Positions 9,995-18,993 of a stretch of DNA of 50,405 nt are shown piece by piece (position 1 is the first letter of the stretch; each line of letters begins with the position of its first letter). Origin of the DNA: Ignavibacteriota bacterium. Lineage in GTDB: Bacteria > Bacteroidota > Ignavibacteria > Ignavibacteriales > Ignavibacteriaceae. Made by a program: the position numbers and the translations under genes. The notes below the pieces were generated by a model. It ran no database searches, was not told the origin of the DNA, and saw only the letters and a list, made by a program, of their open reading frames with translations. The stretch covers positions 1 through 50,405 of the forward strand of contig JBDTRQ010000065.1 of assembly GCA_039931535.1 (NCBI GenBank), written 5' to 3'.

Positions 9995-11311
9995 TCAACT
10001 TTTATTTAAAGAAGAAATTGTAGGAGGCAGCAAATAACCGCAAGCCGCCATTCTTCCAATAACAAAAGCTATTGTTGCGGCAACTGCACCAATAAGCGAA
10101 AAGAATTTAATACAAACCGCAACCACAATAATAATTCCCACAAACTCAATCGCAGTTCCGTACGTTATTTGTTTTGTTTCATTTGCTTTTACTAAGACAG
10201 CACGCTGAAAACTTATAAGCACAGTTAATGCAGGAAAGAATGACATTATCATTAGTGGCAGTTTTGCAAAATCAGTTAGTGATTCTGATAAACCGGAAAC
10301 ATCTTTAAACCAAATTTCTGCGAGCGGAGTGAACGCAATCAGCATTAATGTTCCTGCAACAAACATTGCAAGTTTAACAGCAAATCTTTTCAGTTGATTA
10401 AAACCCGACATATCATCTCCGATTAAAGCAACCACAACTTCTTGAAACGATAATCCCAATCCTCTAAAAATAAAAACGAAGGAAGTTACTACAGGCATTA
10501 CCGCAAAAGATTCAAGCGGCATCCTGCTTTGTCCAATAAAAAAAGTAACAAAGGGTTGTATGCCAAGAGTAAGTAATGATGTTAGTGCGAGAGGATAATA
10601 AAATTTTATTATTTCTTTCATACTTAAATTATTATCAGAATCACTGATTTGATTCTTTAATCTAACAAGAAATTTTTTAACCATTAGCTTGCTTGCAATC
10701 GCTTCACAAATTACTGCGGTAGAAAGCGCGCATGCACCAACAACTACACCTGGAACACTTGTAAATTTATATAATGCAAACGCAGTGATTGACATTGAAA
10801 CTAATCTAATAATAGTTCCGTATGCAACTAAACGGGTTAAATTGTTTCTTATTAAAATTCCCTGATAAAATCTTCTATAACCAATTGCACCCGGCCAGGG
10901 AATTAAAATCATAACAGCAAGATGCGTTAAGTATGAAACCTCTCTCGGCAAACCAATTAAATCTTCAGTAATGAAATAAAAAATGGGTGGCAAAATAAAA
11001 ATTACCATAGCTGCAGTAATTGAAAGGCTAAGTATGTAATTAAATTTTCTTAACTGCTTAAATGATTGATAATCCTTTACTAATGCTATCGATGCGCTCA
11101 TCATCATAATTACGGGCGCTTCAATAATCAATGCCAGAGAAAAAGCAATTCCGTAAGCAGCAAGATTAAATTTTGGTTCTGCTAATCTTGCAATTAATGC
11201 TGAAAGATATGGTCCTTCGATAGACATCATTAACCATGTTACAGCTAATGGAATCCAGAATGCTAATATTGATTTTTGAGTTAGTTCGCGATTTGTGTTC
11301 AAAACATTCAA
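9995..11311 (-). CDS. Polytopic membrane protein, MATE/MOP-superfamily-like (function uncertain)
   Basis: 438 aa with about 12 hydrophobic segments. I see no diagnostic motif, so the family assignment is tentative. Confidence 0.55.
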   Translation of the reverse strand: MNVLNTNRELTQKSILAFWIPLAVTWLMMSIEGPYLSALIARLAEPKFNLAAYGIAFSLALIIEAPVIMMMSASIALVKDYQSFKQLRKFNYILSLSITAAMVIFILPPIFYFITEDLIGLPREVSYLTHLAVMILIPWPGAIGYRRFYQGILIRNNLTRLVAYGTIIRLVSMSITAFALYKFTSVPGVVVGACALSTAVICEAIASKLMVKKFLVRLKNQISDSDNNLSMKEIIKFYYPLALTSLLTLGIQPFVTFFIGQSRMPLESFAVMPVVTSFVFIFRGLGLSFQEVVVALIGDDMSGFNQLKRFAVKLAMFVAGTLMLIAFTPLAEIWFKDVSGLSESLTDFAKLPLMIMSFFPALTVLISFQRAVLVKANETKQITYGTAIEFVGIIIVVAVCIKFFSLIGAVAATIAFVIGRMAACGYLLPPTISSLNKS

Positions 11312-11413
11312 TCAAATTTTGTGTTCAAACTTAAATATTATTTGGCTAACCTTGGATATTTATTATTAAATTAATATCGGGATTTGATATTTTTTTACTT
11401 AGGAGTGAACGCT

Positions 11414-12160
11414 ATGAAAATAATCACTTCACTATCAGTTTTACTAATCAGTTTTTTTGTTTGTATTGGATGTACAGATAAATCAAAACCACAGCTTACC
11501 GATAATATAAAATCAGGATTAAGACAAGACGCAAAAGAGTTTATGGGATCTCTTAAAGAGATTCTTGTAAAGGAAATGCAAACAAACGGCGTGGCTGCCG
11601 CAGTTTCGGTTTGTTCTGATACGGCGCAGCTTTTAACTGTAAACTATGGTTTAAGTAAAGGTATTTATATAAAACGTGTTTCGTTTATGAATAGGAATCC
11701 AAACAATATGCCCGATGGATTTGAAACTGAAGTACTTAAATCTTTTGAGTTATTAAACTCTCAAGGAAAATTGACTGACACAACAGATTTTTTTGAATTG
11801 ATTGAGGAAGATGGAGTTTATAATGTGAGATATATGAAACCAATCTTAACTCAAGCTCCATGCTTAAGTTGTCACGGGACTTCAAATCAAATTAGTGATA
11901 ATGTTAAAACAATTCTACAAAATAAATATCAGGATGATAAAGCCACAGGTTACCAGCTTGATGATCTTCGCGGCGCAGAAAAAAATAAAGTTAAGATTAC
12001 CCCGGAACTTATTAACGAGATAATTGCAGAAGCGGTTAAAGAAACCAACAAGGAACTATCTGCATTCAAACAAATTAGGAAGTTTCATTTAAGAGAGAGT
12101 GAATTTGAAAAAACAACAACTCAGAAAATTAAAAGATATTTAGTGAGGAATGTTTCTTAA
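11414..12160 (+). CDS. Lipoprotein with DUF3365-like c-type haem domain (CLSCH), fused to a foreign C-terminal tail
   Basis: I moved the start to the ATG at 11414, with AGGAG at 11401..11405. Lipobox FFVCIGC. CxxCH motif APCLSCHG followed by ..ATGYQLDDLRGA as in DUF3365 proteins. The last roughly 60 aa look like the end of an AMP-forming acyl-CoA synthetase (see findings). Confidence 0.7.
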   Translation: MKIITSLSVLLISFFVCIGCTDKSKPQLTDNIKSGLRQDAKEFMGSLKEILVKEMQTNGVAAAVSVCSDTAQLLTVNYGLSKGIYIKRVSFMNRNPNNMPDGFETEVLKSFELLNSQGKLTDTTDFFELIEEDGVYNVRYMKPILTQAPCLSCHGTSNQISDNVKTILQNKYQDDKATGYQLDDLRGAEKNKVKITPELINEIIAEAVKETNKELSAFKQIRKFHLRESEFEKTTTQKIKRYLVRNVS

Positions 12161-12171
12161 ATAATTATATT

Positions 12172-12267
12172 GTCTTTGCGAGTGAGTCCTCAAGCGAAGC
12201 AATCTCAAATTTATAAGGATGACTGTTATCAGATTGCTTCACCCACTGAAGTGGGATTCGCAATGAC
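12172..12267. repeat. Palindromic intergenic repeat, family A, copy 2 (long form)
   Basis: gtctttgcgagtgagtc..gcgaagcaatct on the left and agattgcttcaccc..gattcgcaatgac on the right are inverted repeats. Confidence 0.8.
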
Positions 12268-12308
12268 AATCTAATAGCAATATTATAATTTTTTATTATT
12301 GAATTATT

Positions 12309-12575
12309 ATGTACCCAACAGTTTGCCAAATTTGCGGAGAAAAATCCGATAGTGATTTAAAAGATTGCCCAAGCTGCGGCTTTGCTAAAGCTGAGATTGT
12401 GAACAAAGTCAGCCTCACACAAAGCATGAACGATGCGCTTGTTGATAAACTTAGGTTTTTGGATTATCCGCAATTGTACCTCACGATAGTTTCAAGAGCG
12501 ATAATAATTCTGTTTGCAATTTTTGTTATCCCTGATTTTATTTCTAACAGCGAATTTTTCTGGATGGTGATTTGA
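12309..12575 (+). CDS. Small zinc-ribbon protein with a C-terminal TM segment (upstream half of a TGA-interrupted reading frame)
   Basis: CQICGE..(11)..CPSCG zinc-ribbon motif followed by a hydrophobic segment. It stops at TGA 12573..12575, with the same frame open beyond. Confidence 0.5.
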   Translation: MYPTVCQICGEKSDSDLKDCPSCGFAKAEIVNKVSLTQSMNDALVDKLRFLDYPQLYLTIVSRAIIILFAIFVIPDFISNSEFFWMVI

Positions 12576-12635
12576 ATATTTTCTGTTTACGGACTTATTA
12601 AAGAAGTTGCAAAAACTTATAACCAGTTTATTGTT

Positions 12636-12893
12636 GTGTATAAAATTGCAAAAATTTTATTGTTCGCATATTTTGGCGCAGGCATTGGAAACTTAATTTC
12701 GCATACAGGCAGAATGGTTTACTTTAGGTTCAGCTATTATTTTAATCTTAATTTTTTATACGATCAATTATCGATTGGCAATTCTATGTTAATAATAGGC
12801 GCTTGTGCAGGCATCGGATTTATGCTGTTGATGAATAGATTTAAAGACGAGTTTAATGTAAAAGATTTTAATGACGTTGATGAGAAAATATAA
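12636..12893 (+). CDS. Small membrane protein (downstream half of the same frame; GTG start in the track)
   Basis: Two hydrophobic segments. It is in the same frame as 12309..12575, and there are no stops between 12576 and 12635. Confidence 0.4.
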   Translation: MYKIAKILLFAYFGAGIGNLISHTGRMVYFRFSYYFNLNFLYDQLSIGNSMLIIGACAGIGFMLLMNRFKDEFNVKDFNDVDEKI

Positions 12894-12913
12894 TCAGTTA
12901 TAAAAATTATTTT

Positions 12914-13324
12914 CTAAATATCCTGCAGCAGCTTAGTAAAATAATCTTTTATTGTCATAACAGATTTTACAAATGTTCTTTCCTTGCTAAGTATAATTGC
13001 CCGCTTAGAGCCTTTCGGAAAATATCTCCAATGAATTCTTGAATACATATTTGCACATTTCTTTGTATGATTAATCATATACTCAACAGGATCAGCGTTA
13101 TTATTGTTTATTAAGTAAAGCTCAATTTCCCATATTATTTCTGAAAACATTTCCTGTCGTTTATCTAACTCTTTTACGTTAAGCAAAAACTCAACAATAA
13201 ATGATTTATTTTCATCAATACCAATTCGTGCAACTGGTGCTGGAACAACTCCAAATTTTAATTCAAAGTAACGGTTCTTTAAATCAACTTTGCCGGGCTG
13301 CCATTTCCAATCATTATGATTCAT
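12914..13324 (-). CDS. Hypothetical cytoplasmic protein (136 aa), no recognisable motif
   Basis: Clean ORF with no competing frame. I recognise no family. Confidence 0.55.
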   Translation of the reverse strand: MNHNDWKWQPGKVDLKNRYFELKFGVVPAPVARIGIDENKSFIVEFLLNVKELDKRQEMFSEIIWEIELYLINNNNADPVEYMINHTKKCANMYSRIHWRYFPKGSKRAIILSKERTFVKSVMTIKDYFTKLLQDI

Positions 13325-13405
13325 TCTATTTATTTGAATGTTCTATTAAATATTTTAATAAAAATTATGTGATTCAATAATAAGTCCCATTAAAAATAAA
13401 AATTA

Positions 13406-14692
13406 CTAAGCGTTTTTTGTAGGACTTACAAATTTATTATAAAGTAAAAGGCCAATAATTGTTGCTACACCAATCATACTAAATATTATCCAGAGTGTTG
13501 CCGGCTGATTTAGTTTATCCACAAAATGTACATACAGGTTTGCACCAAGTATTCCGCCGATAAAACTACCAAGCACACCATATAAAAATGAGTAACCGAG
13601 ATAAAGCGCTTTTTTATCTTCGGGGGCAATCAAACCAACATAACTTATAAACTTTGGATGAGCAGTCATTTCACCTATTGAAAAAATTATAATGCCAAGC
13701 ATAAACACCCAAATGTTTGTATTGATTGCAAGTATTGCCATTCCGATTGTGCCCATTGCAATTCCCGCAATCATTGTGGGTAAAGCTTTTGTGTGTTTTA
13801 CAATATTAGATACAACTATTTGAAGTAAAATTATTGTGCCTGCATTTATTACGGTAACATGTTCAACATCAAATTTCCAATTGATGTTAATTCCAATTCC
13901 ACCAAGAAATCCATTAACAAAATTGTTTAACGGAGTAGCATCAACATACTTTTGAACATACCATAAAACAGAATCGAACATCTGAAAATAAAGAATCCAA
14001 AATCCAGAATAGATAACTATTAAACCAATAAATCTAAAATCAGTTAAAACCATTAGCGCACCTTTTAAAACTTCAGCTAGTGTTTTTGTGCTTTTAGGTT
14101 TTTCGGGTTCTTTATAAATAAGAAAAGTTGGGATCAACATTGAAGCAGTTGCAATTGCAGATGCCATCATAACATACTGCCAGCCGAAATTATTTTTGAT
14201 GTAAGGAACAAGTAATAATGGAAATAAAAACGCACCAAGATTTATAGACCAATAAAATATTCCAAATCCAAGCGTACTGTTGCTTTCATTTGTTGATCGT
14301 GCGATTGTGCCTGAAATCATTGGCTTAAATGCACCTGCACCAACAGCCATAATTACCAAACTTCCGAACACCATTGCATATTCAGTTGTTTGACTTGTAA
14401 GAAAATATCCAAATCCTAAAAAGATAAATGCAAAAGTTAAAACACGTTTATAGCCAAATCTATCTCCTATCGCGCCGGAAAGAATTGGCAATATATAAAG
14501 CATCGGCTGGATAACACTTTTAATTAAACCAACACTTTCTTTTGTGTAACTAAGCTGGTCGGTCATATAAACAGAAAGAATACTCATCATTCCATAATAG
14601 GAGCCTCGCTCAAAAAACTCCATCATTATCACTACCCAGTAGTTTAGCGGAAAGGATTTGATTCCTGATTTTGATGTTTGTTGTTTGCTCAT
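13406..14692 (-). CDS. POT/PTR2-family oligopeptide transporter, second paralog
   Basis: POT signature ..MMEFFERGSYYGMM.. in a polytopic MFS-like protein. Confidence 0.85.
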   Translation of the reverse strand: MSKQQTSKSGIKSFPLNYWVVIMMEFFERGSYYGMMSILSVYMTDQLSYTKESVGLIKSVIQPMLYILPILSGAIGDRFGYKRVLTFAFIFLGFGYFLTSQTTEYAMVFGSLVIMAVGAGAFKPMISGTIARSTNESNSTLGFGIFYWSINLGAFLFPLLLVPYIKNNFGWQYVMMASAIATASMLIPTFLIYKEPEKPKSTKTLAEVLKGALMVLTDFRFIGLIVIYSGFWILYFQMFDSVLWYVQKYVDATPLNNFVNGFLGGIGININWKFDVEHVTVINAGTIILLQIVVSNIVKHTKALPTMIAGIAMGTIGMAILAINTNIWVFMLGIIIFSIGEMTAHPKFISYVGLIAPEDKKALYLGYSFLYGVLGSFIGGILGANLYVHFVDKLNQPATLWIIFSMIGVATIIGLLLYNKFVSPTKNA

Positions 14693-14801
14693 CTGCTGTC
14701 CTTTTTAGTTTCCAGATTTTGAGATTATTGAGTGCTAAACTAAGAAAATGTATGGTAAGATTTAATAATAAAGACACGTTTTCTCGTGCCTGAATTTATA
14801 A

Positions 14802-14892
14802 TCCGTAGCTCGGGACTCCAGTCCCGAGATTTGGAGATAAGAAAGTTAGAAATGCTCAGGTCAGGATCTGCCGTGGCAGACTGAGCTACGAA
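14802..14892. repeat. Composite palindromic repeat, family C (..gatctgcc.tggcagactgagctacg..)
   Basis: Outer inverted repeat tccgtagctc (14802..14811) / gagctacgaa (14883..14892). Inner hairpins ctcgggac/gtcccgag and tctgc/gcaga. The right half recurs at 49357..49394. Confidence 0.75.
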
Positions 14893-14949
14893 ATCAAATC
14901 CATCACTTCATCAACAACCCCATTGGGATTTTATGATAAAGTGATGGCA

Positions 14950-15105
14950 TCACTTCATCAACAGCATTTTACGTGTTTGAACAAAGCTGCCGGCTTTAAT
15001 TGTGTAGAGATAAACTCCACTTGATAAGTGTGAAGCATCAAATATTATTTCATAATTGCGGGGAGTTTTTTCTTCATTCGCTAATTTAACGGTAAATAAT
15101 TCTCA
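14950..15105 (-). pseudogene. Remnant 3' end of a T9SS-CTD cargo gene
   Basis: The minus strand reads ..ELFTVKLANEEKTPRNYEIIFDASHLSSGVYLYTIKAGSFVQTRKMLLMK*. This aligns with the tail of the 46447..48264 protein (..[44 protein letters not shown]). An upstream in-frame TGA is present and no N-terminal part exists. The 25-nt 3'-flank cactttatcataaaatcccaatggg is shared (14919..14943 reverse-complemented, and 48271..48295). Confidence 0.75.
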
Positions 15106-15242
15106 TTTACGATAGAGATATATAATCAATCTTCATTAATAAATTTTAATGTTTTATTAATCTAATATTAATAGGCAATGAATATGTTTGCATCAAGTAG
15201 TCATTAAAATTCAAACTAAATTTAAATCTTAAGGAGTATAAA

Positions 15243-15584
15243 ATGGATTATTATCAAAGCTTATCTCCACAGCCGCCAACTGAACTTAACTTTGAAGAAA
15301 TTTTCGCTTTCTATTATAATCTAAAAGGAGCGGGTGACGCAGATGCTGGTAAGTATCACGAGGCGTTAGAAAATTTTAACAAGGCGCTAGAACTTAATCC
15401 AAACCTAAGTGCGGCATTATTTAATCGTGCTACAATTAAAGCTGATACCGGTGATTTAGTGGGTGCCAGAGAAGATTTTATAAGATTAAGAGAATTAGAA
15501 ACTAAATATGACGACGCTATAAAAGTAAATTATATAGCAAATTCGCTAAAAGAAAAATACAAAAACAGGATTAATATTTTTTAA
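15243..15584 (+). CDS. Small TPR-repeat protein
   Basis: AAGGAG lies upstream. TPR-like ..GKYHEALENFNKALELNPNLSAALFNRATIKADTGDLVGAREDF.. Confidence 0.7.
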   Translation: MDYYQSLSPQPPTELNFEEIFAFYYNLKGAGDADAGKYHEALENFNKALELNPNLSAALFNRATIKADTGDLVGAREDFIRLRELETKYDDAIKVNYIANSLKEKYKNRINIF

Positions 15585-15686
15585 TCTTTCTTTAATGTAA
15601 TCTTAATAATTCTAAAATAAGTTTACTCTGTAAGTTTTAAGAAACTTGAAACAACAAAACAATCATAAATTATAAAGGAACAAAAA

Positions 15687-16019
15687 ATGAAATCACGAAC
15701 AATGGCACTTGCAATAGCAATCTTCATCTTAGCTTTTACAGCCAGCTCAACAATTATGGCACAAAGCAAAGATTCAAAAACAACAGACAGTAAAGTAAAA
15801 ACCACAGTTCAAAAAATAGATTCTAAAACTACTAAAGAGGTGAAACAAGATGCCGGAACTACAATTCATCATAAAAATTATCAATTAAAAGAAAGGACAA
15901 ATACTGTAAAAAACGAAGTTAAAACCGATCTTGGAAAAGATATGAAGAAAACAGGTGATGAAGTGAAAAAGAATGATATGATAACACACAAGACCGAAAA
16001 AAGATCAAATACAAAATAA
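15687..16019 (+). CDS. Secreted Lys/Thr-rich low-complexity protein
   Basis: Signal peptide (ALAIAIFILAFTASSTIMAQ) followed by K/T/D-rich sequence. A strong terminator follows. Confidence 0.6.
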   Translation: MKSRTMALAIAIFILAFTASSTIMAQSKDSKTTDSKVKTTVQKIDSKTTKEVKQDAGTTIHHKNYQLKERTNTVKNEVKTDLGKDMKKTGDEVKKNDMITHKTEKRSNTK

Positions 16020-16050
16020 ATTAAATATCTTTTCTAAAGATTAATGTAAA

Positions 16051-16078
16051 AGGAGAGAGTAATTCTCTCCTTTTTTTT
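16051..16078 (+). terminator. Rho-independent terminator
   Basis: Stem aggagag (16051..16057) / ctctcct (16065..16071), then a T-run to 16078. Confidence 0.75.
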
Positions 16079-16091
16079 ATTAATTTTAACT

Positions 16092-16763
16092 ATGAGAATT
16101 CTTGTTGTTGAAGACGAAAAAAAAGTTGCATCCTTTATTAAAAAAGGATTGGAAGAAGATTACTATTCCGTTGATGTTGCAGCAGATGGAAAAGAAGGAA
16201 GTAAGTTAGCTTTTTCTGATGAGTACGATTTAATTATTATGGATATTATGCTTCCTTTTAAAGATGGAATTACTATTCTTAAAGAAATACGGCAGGAAAA
16301 AATAACAACCCCTGTGTTAATGCTAACCGCTAAAGACGACGTTGCGGATAAAGTTATGGGTTTGGATTTGGGAGCCGATGATTATTTGCCAAAACCATTT
16401 GCCTTTGATGAATTGTTGGCGCGCGTTAGGGCGCTGCTTCGAAGAAACAGCACTGAGAAAAGTACGTTTATTAAAGCATCTGATTTAACACTAGACATCC
16501 AATCTCACAAAGCATTTAGAGATGAAACAGAAATTTTTTTAACTCCCAAAGAATATTCTATACTTGAATATCTAATGCGAAATAAAAATCATGTTATATC
16601 AAGAGTAAAATTGTCCGAACACGTTTATGATTACCATTTTGATTCTGATACAAATGTAATTGACGTTTTTATAAACAAGCTGAGAAATAAAATTGATAAA
16701 GGATTTGATAAGCAAATTCTTTATACGATCAGAGGTGTTGGATATACCATTAAAGATAATTGA
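16092..16763 (+). CDS. OmpR/PhoB-family response regulator (CusR/CopR-like)
   Basis: Receiver domain (MRILVVEDE..., DLIIMDIMLP, ..LTAKD..) plus a winged-helix output (..LTPKEYSILEYLM.., ..IRGVGYTI). Confidence 0.9.
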   Translation: MRILVVEDEKKVASFIKKGLEEDYYSVDVAADGKEGSKLAFSDEYDLIIMDIMLPFKDGITILKEIRQEKITTPVLMLTAKDDVADKVMGLDLGADDYLPKPFAFDELLARVRALLRRNSTEKSTFIKASDLTLDIQSHKAFRDETEIFLTPKEYSILEYLMRNKNHVISRVKLSEHVYDYHFDSDTNVIDVFINKLRNKIDKGFDKQILYTIRGVGYTIKDN

Positions 16764-16796
16764 ACTGAATTCTTTATTAATGTCAGTCAAATAGAA

Positions 16797-18224
16797 ATGC
16801 TCTCCAAAACATTTAAATATTTTAAAACTACCAGATTCAAAACCACTCTGTGGTATTCCTTAATTTTCCTGCTGTTAGAAGTCGTTATCGGTATTTTGAT
16901 TTACGGATTTCTTAAACATAATATGTATGAAGAGCTTGATTATTCATTAAACAAACAAGCTGATATAATATATCATTTTGTAAGCGAAAGCAATGTCAAC
17001 ATTAAAGAGTTTAAAGCTGATTCGATTTACAATACCCCAAACGATCTTATTTACGATTTAATATTTGAAGTTGTTGCGTTTAATCCCAATAACAATTTTA
17101 TTCAGGTCGGATATAAAAACAAAACTTTGTTTAGTACAGCAAATTTAAAAAATAACATTATAAAAGATCCGGATATGTTAATGATGCAATCAGGACTTTA
17201 CTCTTTTACCGATTCATCTTTATCTAAGCATACAATAAGAGCCGCATATTTCAACAAAAATGATTATAAAATTATTGTTGCCTTTCCAATACAAACAATT
17301 AATCGAACACTCGAAAATTTAACAGACAGTTACATATTAATTGCGCCAATCTTTTTGCTGCTTTCACTTATCGGCGGTTCGGTTATTTCATTCAGATCTT
17401 TATCCCGAATAGATAAAATTACAAATGAAACAAATGAGATAACTGCACAAAGTCTTAATAAAATTATTGAAGGAAGTGAATATGATGATGAGTACGGCAG
17501 GCTTGTAAAAACGATGAATAATATGATTAAGCGAATTAAAACTTCAATTGATTATATGAATCAGTTTTCAATTTCTGCTTCACACGAGCTTAAAACACCG
17601 TTAACAATTTTACGCGGAGAAATTGAACTTGCACTTAAATCAGAAAAAACTCTGGAACAGTATCAAGAAGTTTTGCAAAGTAATTATGAGGAAACATTAA
17701 GACTTATAAATATTGTTGAGCATTTATTTTATCTGTCTAAAGTTGATAACTCTCTGGTTAGATTAAATAAGCAAACGATTAAACTAAAACCGTTTATTGA
17801 AAGCATGGTCAATGGTTTTTCTAATATTGCCGCTGAAAAAAACATAAAAATTATTTTAGATTTTAACAGTAATGATGCTTTGGAAATATCAGCGGACGCA
17901 GAGCTATTTAAACAAATAATTATCAATCTTATTGATAATGCAATTAAGTATGGGCTTGAGTCTTCAGAGTTTAAGATAAGTTGTGTAACCGAAAAAAACG
18001 ATAAAGTATATTTAACTTTTTCCAATTATTCGGATGTTATGCCCGAAGAAACCTTAACAAAATTTTTTGACAGATTCTTTAGAGCCGAATCATCACGCAA
18101 CCGCGGTTTGGGCGGTGTTGGATTAGGTTTAGCAATAGTAAAATCTTTGGTAGATATCCATCAATGGAAAATTGATGTTAAATCTTCCATTGATGGGCTA
18201 ATAACGTTTAGAATAATTATCTAA
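16797..18224 (+). CDS. Membrane sensor histidine kinase (HAMP-HisKA-HATPase), partner of the regulator
   Basis: Two TM segments. H-box SASHELKTPLT, N-box IDNAIKYG and G-box GLGGVGLGLAIVKS. Confidence 0.9.
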   Translation: MLSKTFKYFKTTRFKTTLWYSLIFLLLEVVIGILIYGFLKHNMYEELDYSLNKQADIIYHFVSESNVNIKEFKADSIYNTPNDLIYDLIFEVVAFNPNNNFIQVGYKNKTLFSTANLKNNIIKDPDMLMMQSGLYSFTDSSLSKHTIRAAYFNKNDYKIIVAFPIQTINRTLENLTDSYILIAPIFLLLSLIGGSVISFRSLSRIDKITNETNEITAQSLNKIIEGSEYDDEYGRLVKTMNNMIKRIKTSIDYMNQFSISASHELKTPLTILRGEIELALKSEKTLEQYQEVLQSNYEETLRLINIVEHLFYLSKVDNSLVRLNKQTIKLKPFIESMVNGFSNIAAEKNIKIILDFNSNDALEISADAELFKQIIINLIDNAIKYGLESSEFKISCVTEKNDKVYLTFSNYSDVMPEETLTKFFDRFFRAESSRNRGLGGVGLGLAIVKSLVDIHQWKIDVKSSIDGLITFRIII

Positions 18225-18229
18225 AAAAA

Positions 18230-18832
18230 TTATAACATAAATTGTTGTACTAAGTAAGCAATTTCCTTTTCAACTTCTTTACCGCGATTCTTTCCATACC
18301 ACAATTGAATTTCTTTGTGGATTTCAGAAACCTCGACTCCATTTTTTTTCAACTCAGTAAATAATTTCTGAGCTTCTGCTGGACGCGGACCCCACTGAAA
18401 TAATTCATTATTATTTTCATCAAAGGCAATTAGTTTCGGAACACTTCTTCCGCCGTTTGTTAAATACAAGTCCATAAAATCAAGATTAGAATCGCGCAAA
18501 ACGGTTTTAAAATCTATATTACTATTTAGTGCTGCAAGGGTCGCAATTACCGGAAGATTTTGTGCAGAATCACCACACCAGCTTTCTGTAATAACAATCC
18601 ATTTATTTGGTTTTGATATTTTAGAAAAAACCTCTTTTGTTTCTTCAGTTGGTTCAAAAGTTTTATCAACTCTAGAAGATCTTTGAAAATTTAGTTTGCG
18701 ATAATCATAAAAACGCTTATCATAATCGTTTAGTGTATTAATATCTGACACCTTTGCTTGCTTGGTAAATTCATCCACAAACTCACTATAAGCTAAAGTT
18801 TTATTGATTATTGAGAAATTATTTTTCGGCAT
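18230..18832 (-). CDS. Thioredoxin-fold family protein
   Basis: ..ITESWCGDSAQNLPVIA.. is a thioredoxin-like active-site region with a single Cys. 200 aa. Confidence 0.7.
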   Translation of the reverse strand: MPKNNFSIINKTLAYSEFVDEFTKQAKVSDINTLNDYDKRFYDYRKLNFQRSSRVDKTFEPTEETKEVFSKISKPNKWIVITESWCGDSAQNLPVIATLAALNSNIDFKTVLRDSNLDFMDLYLTNGGRSVPKLIAFDENNNELFQWGPRPAEAQKLFTELKKNGVEVSEIHKEIQLWYGKNRGKEVEKEIAYLVQQFML

Positions 18833-18993
18833 TGATATTGTCCTTTCGTTTTGTTTTAAGTTAGAGACAATGAGATTAAAAAGGATTCTGTTTCATTGAA
18901 AAAAAATCACTATAAATCAAACTTGGTTAAAGTGAACTTTTTTTAAATGATTTTAATTGTATTTTTGTCACGAATCAATTTTTTAGGAAAACG

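Noticed and set aside
12573-12575. Alternative genetic code (TGA as a sense codon) as an explanation for the in-frame TGA.
   Set aside because: TGA ends well-defined genes at their expected family lengths: the response regulator at 16761..16763, the beta-helix cargo at 48262..48264 and the DUF1015 gene at 22591..22593.
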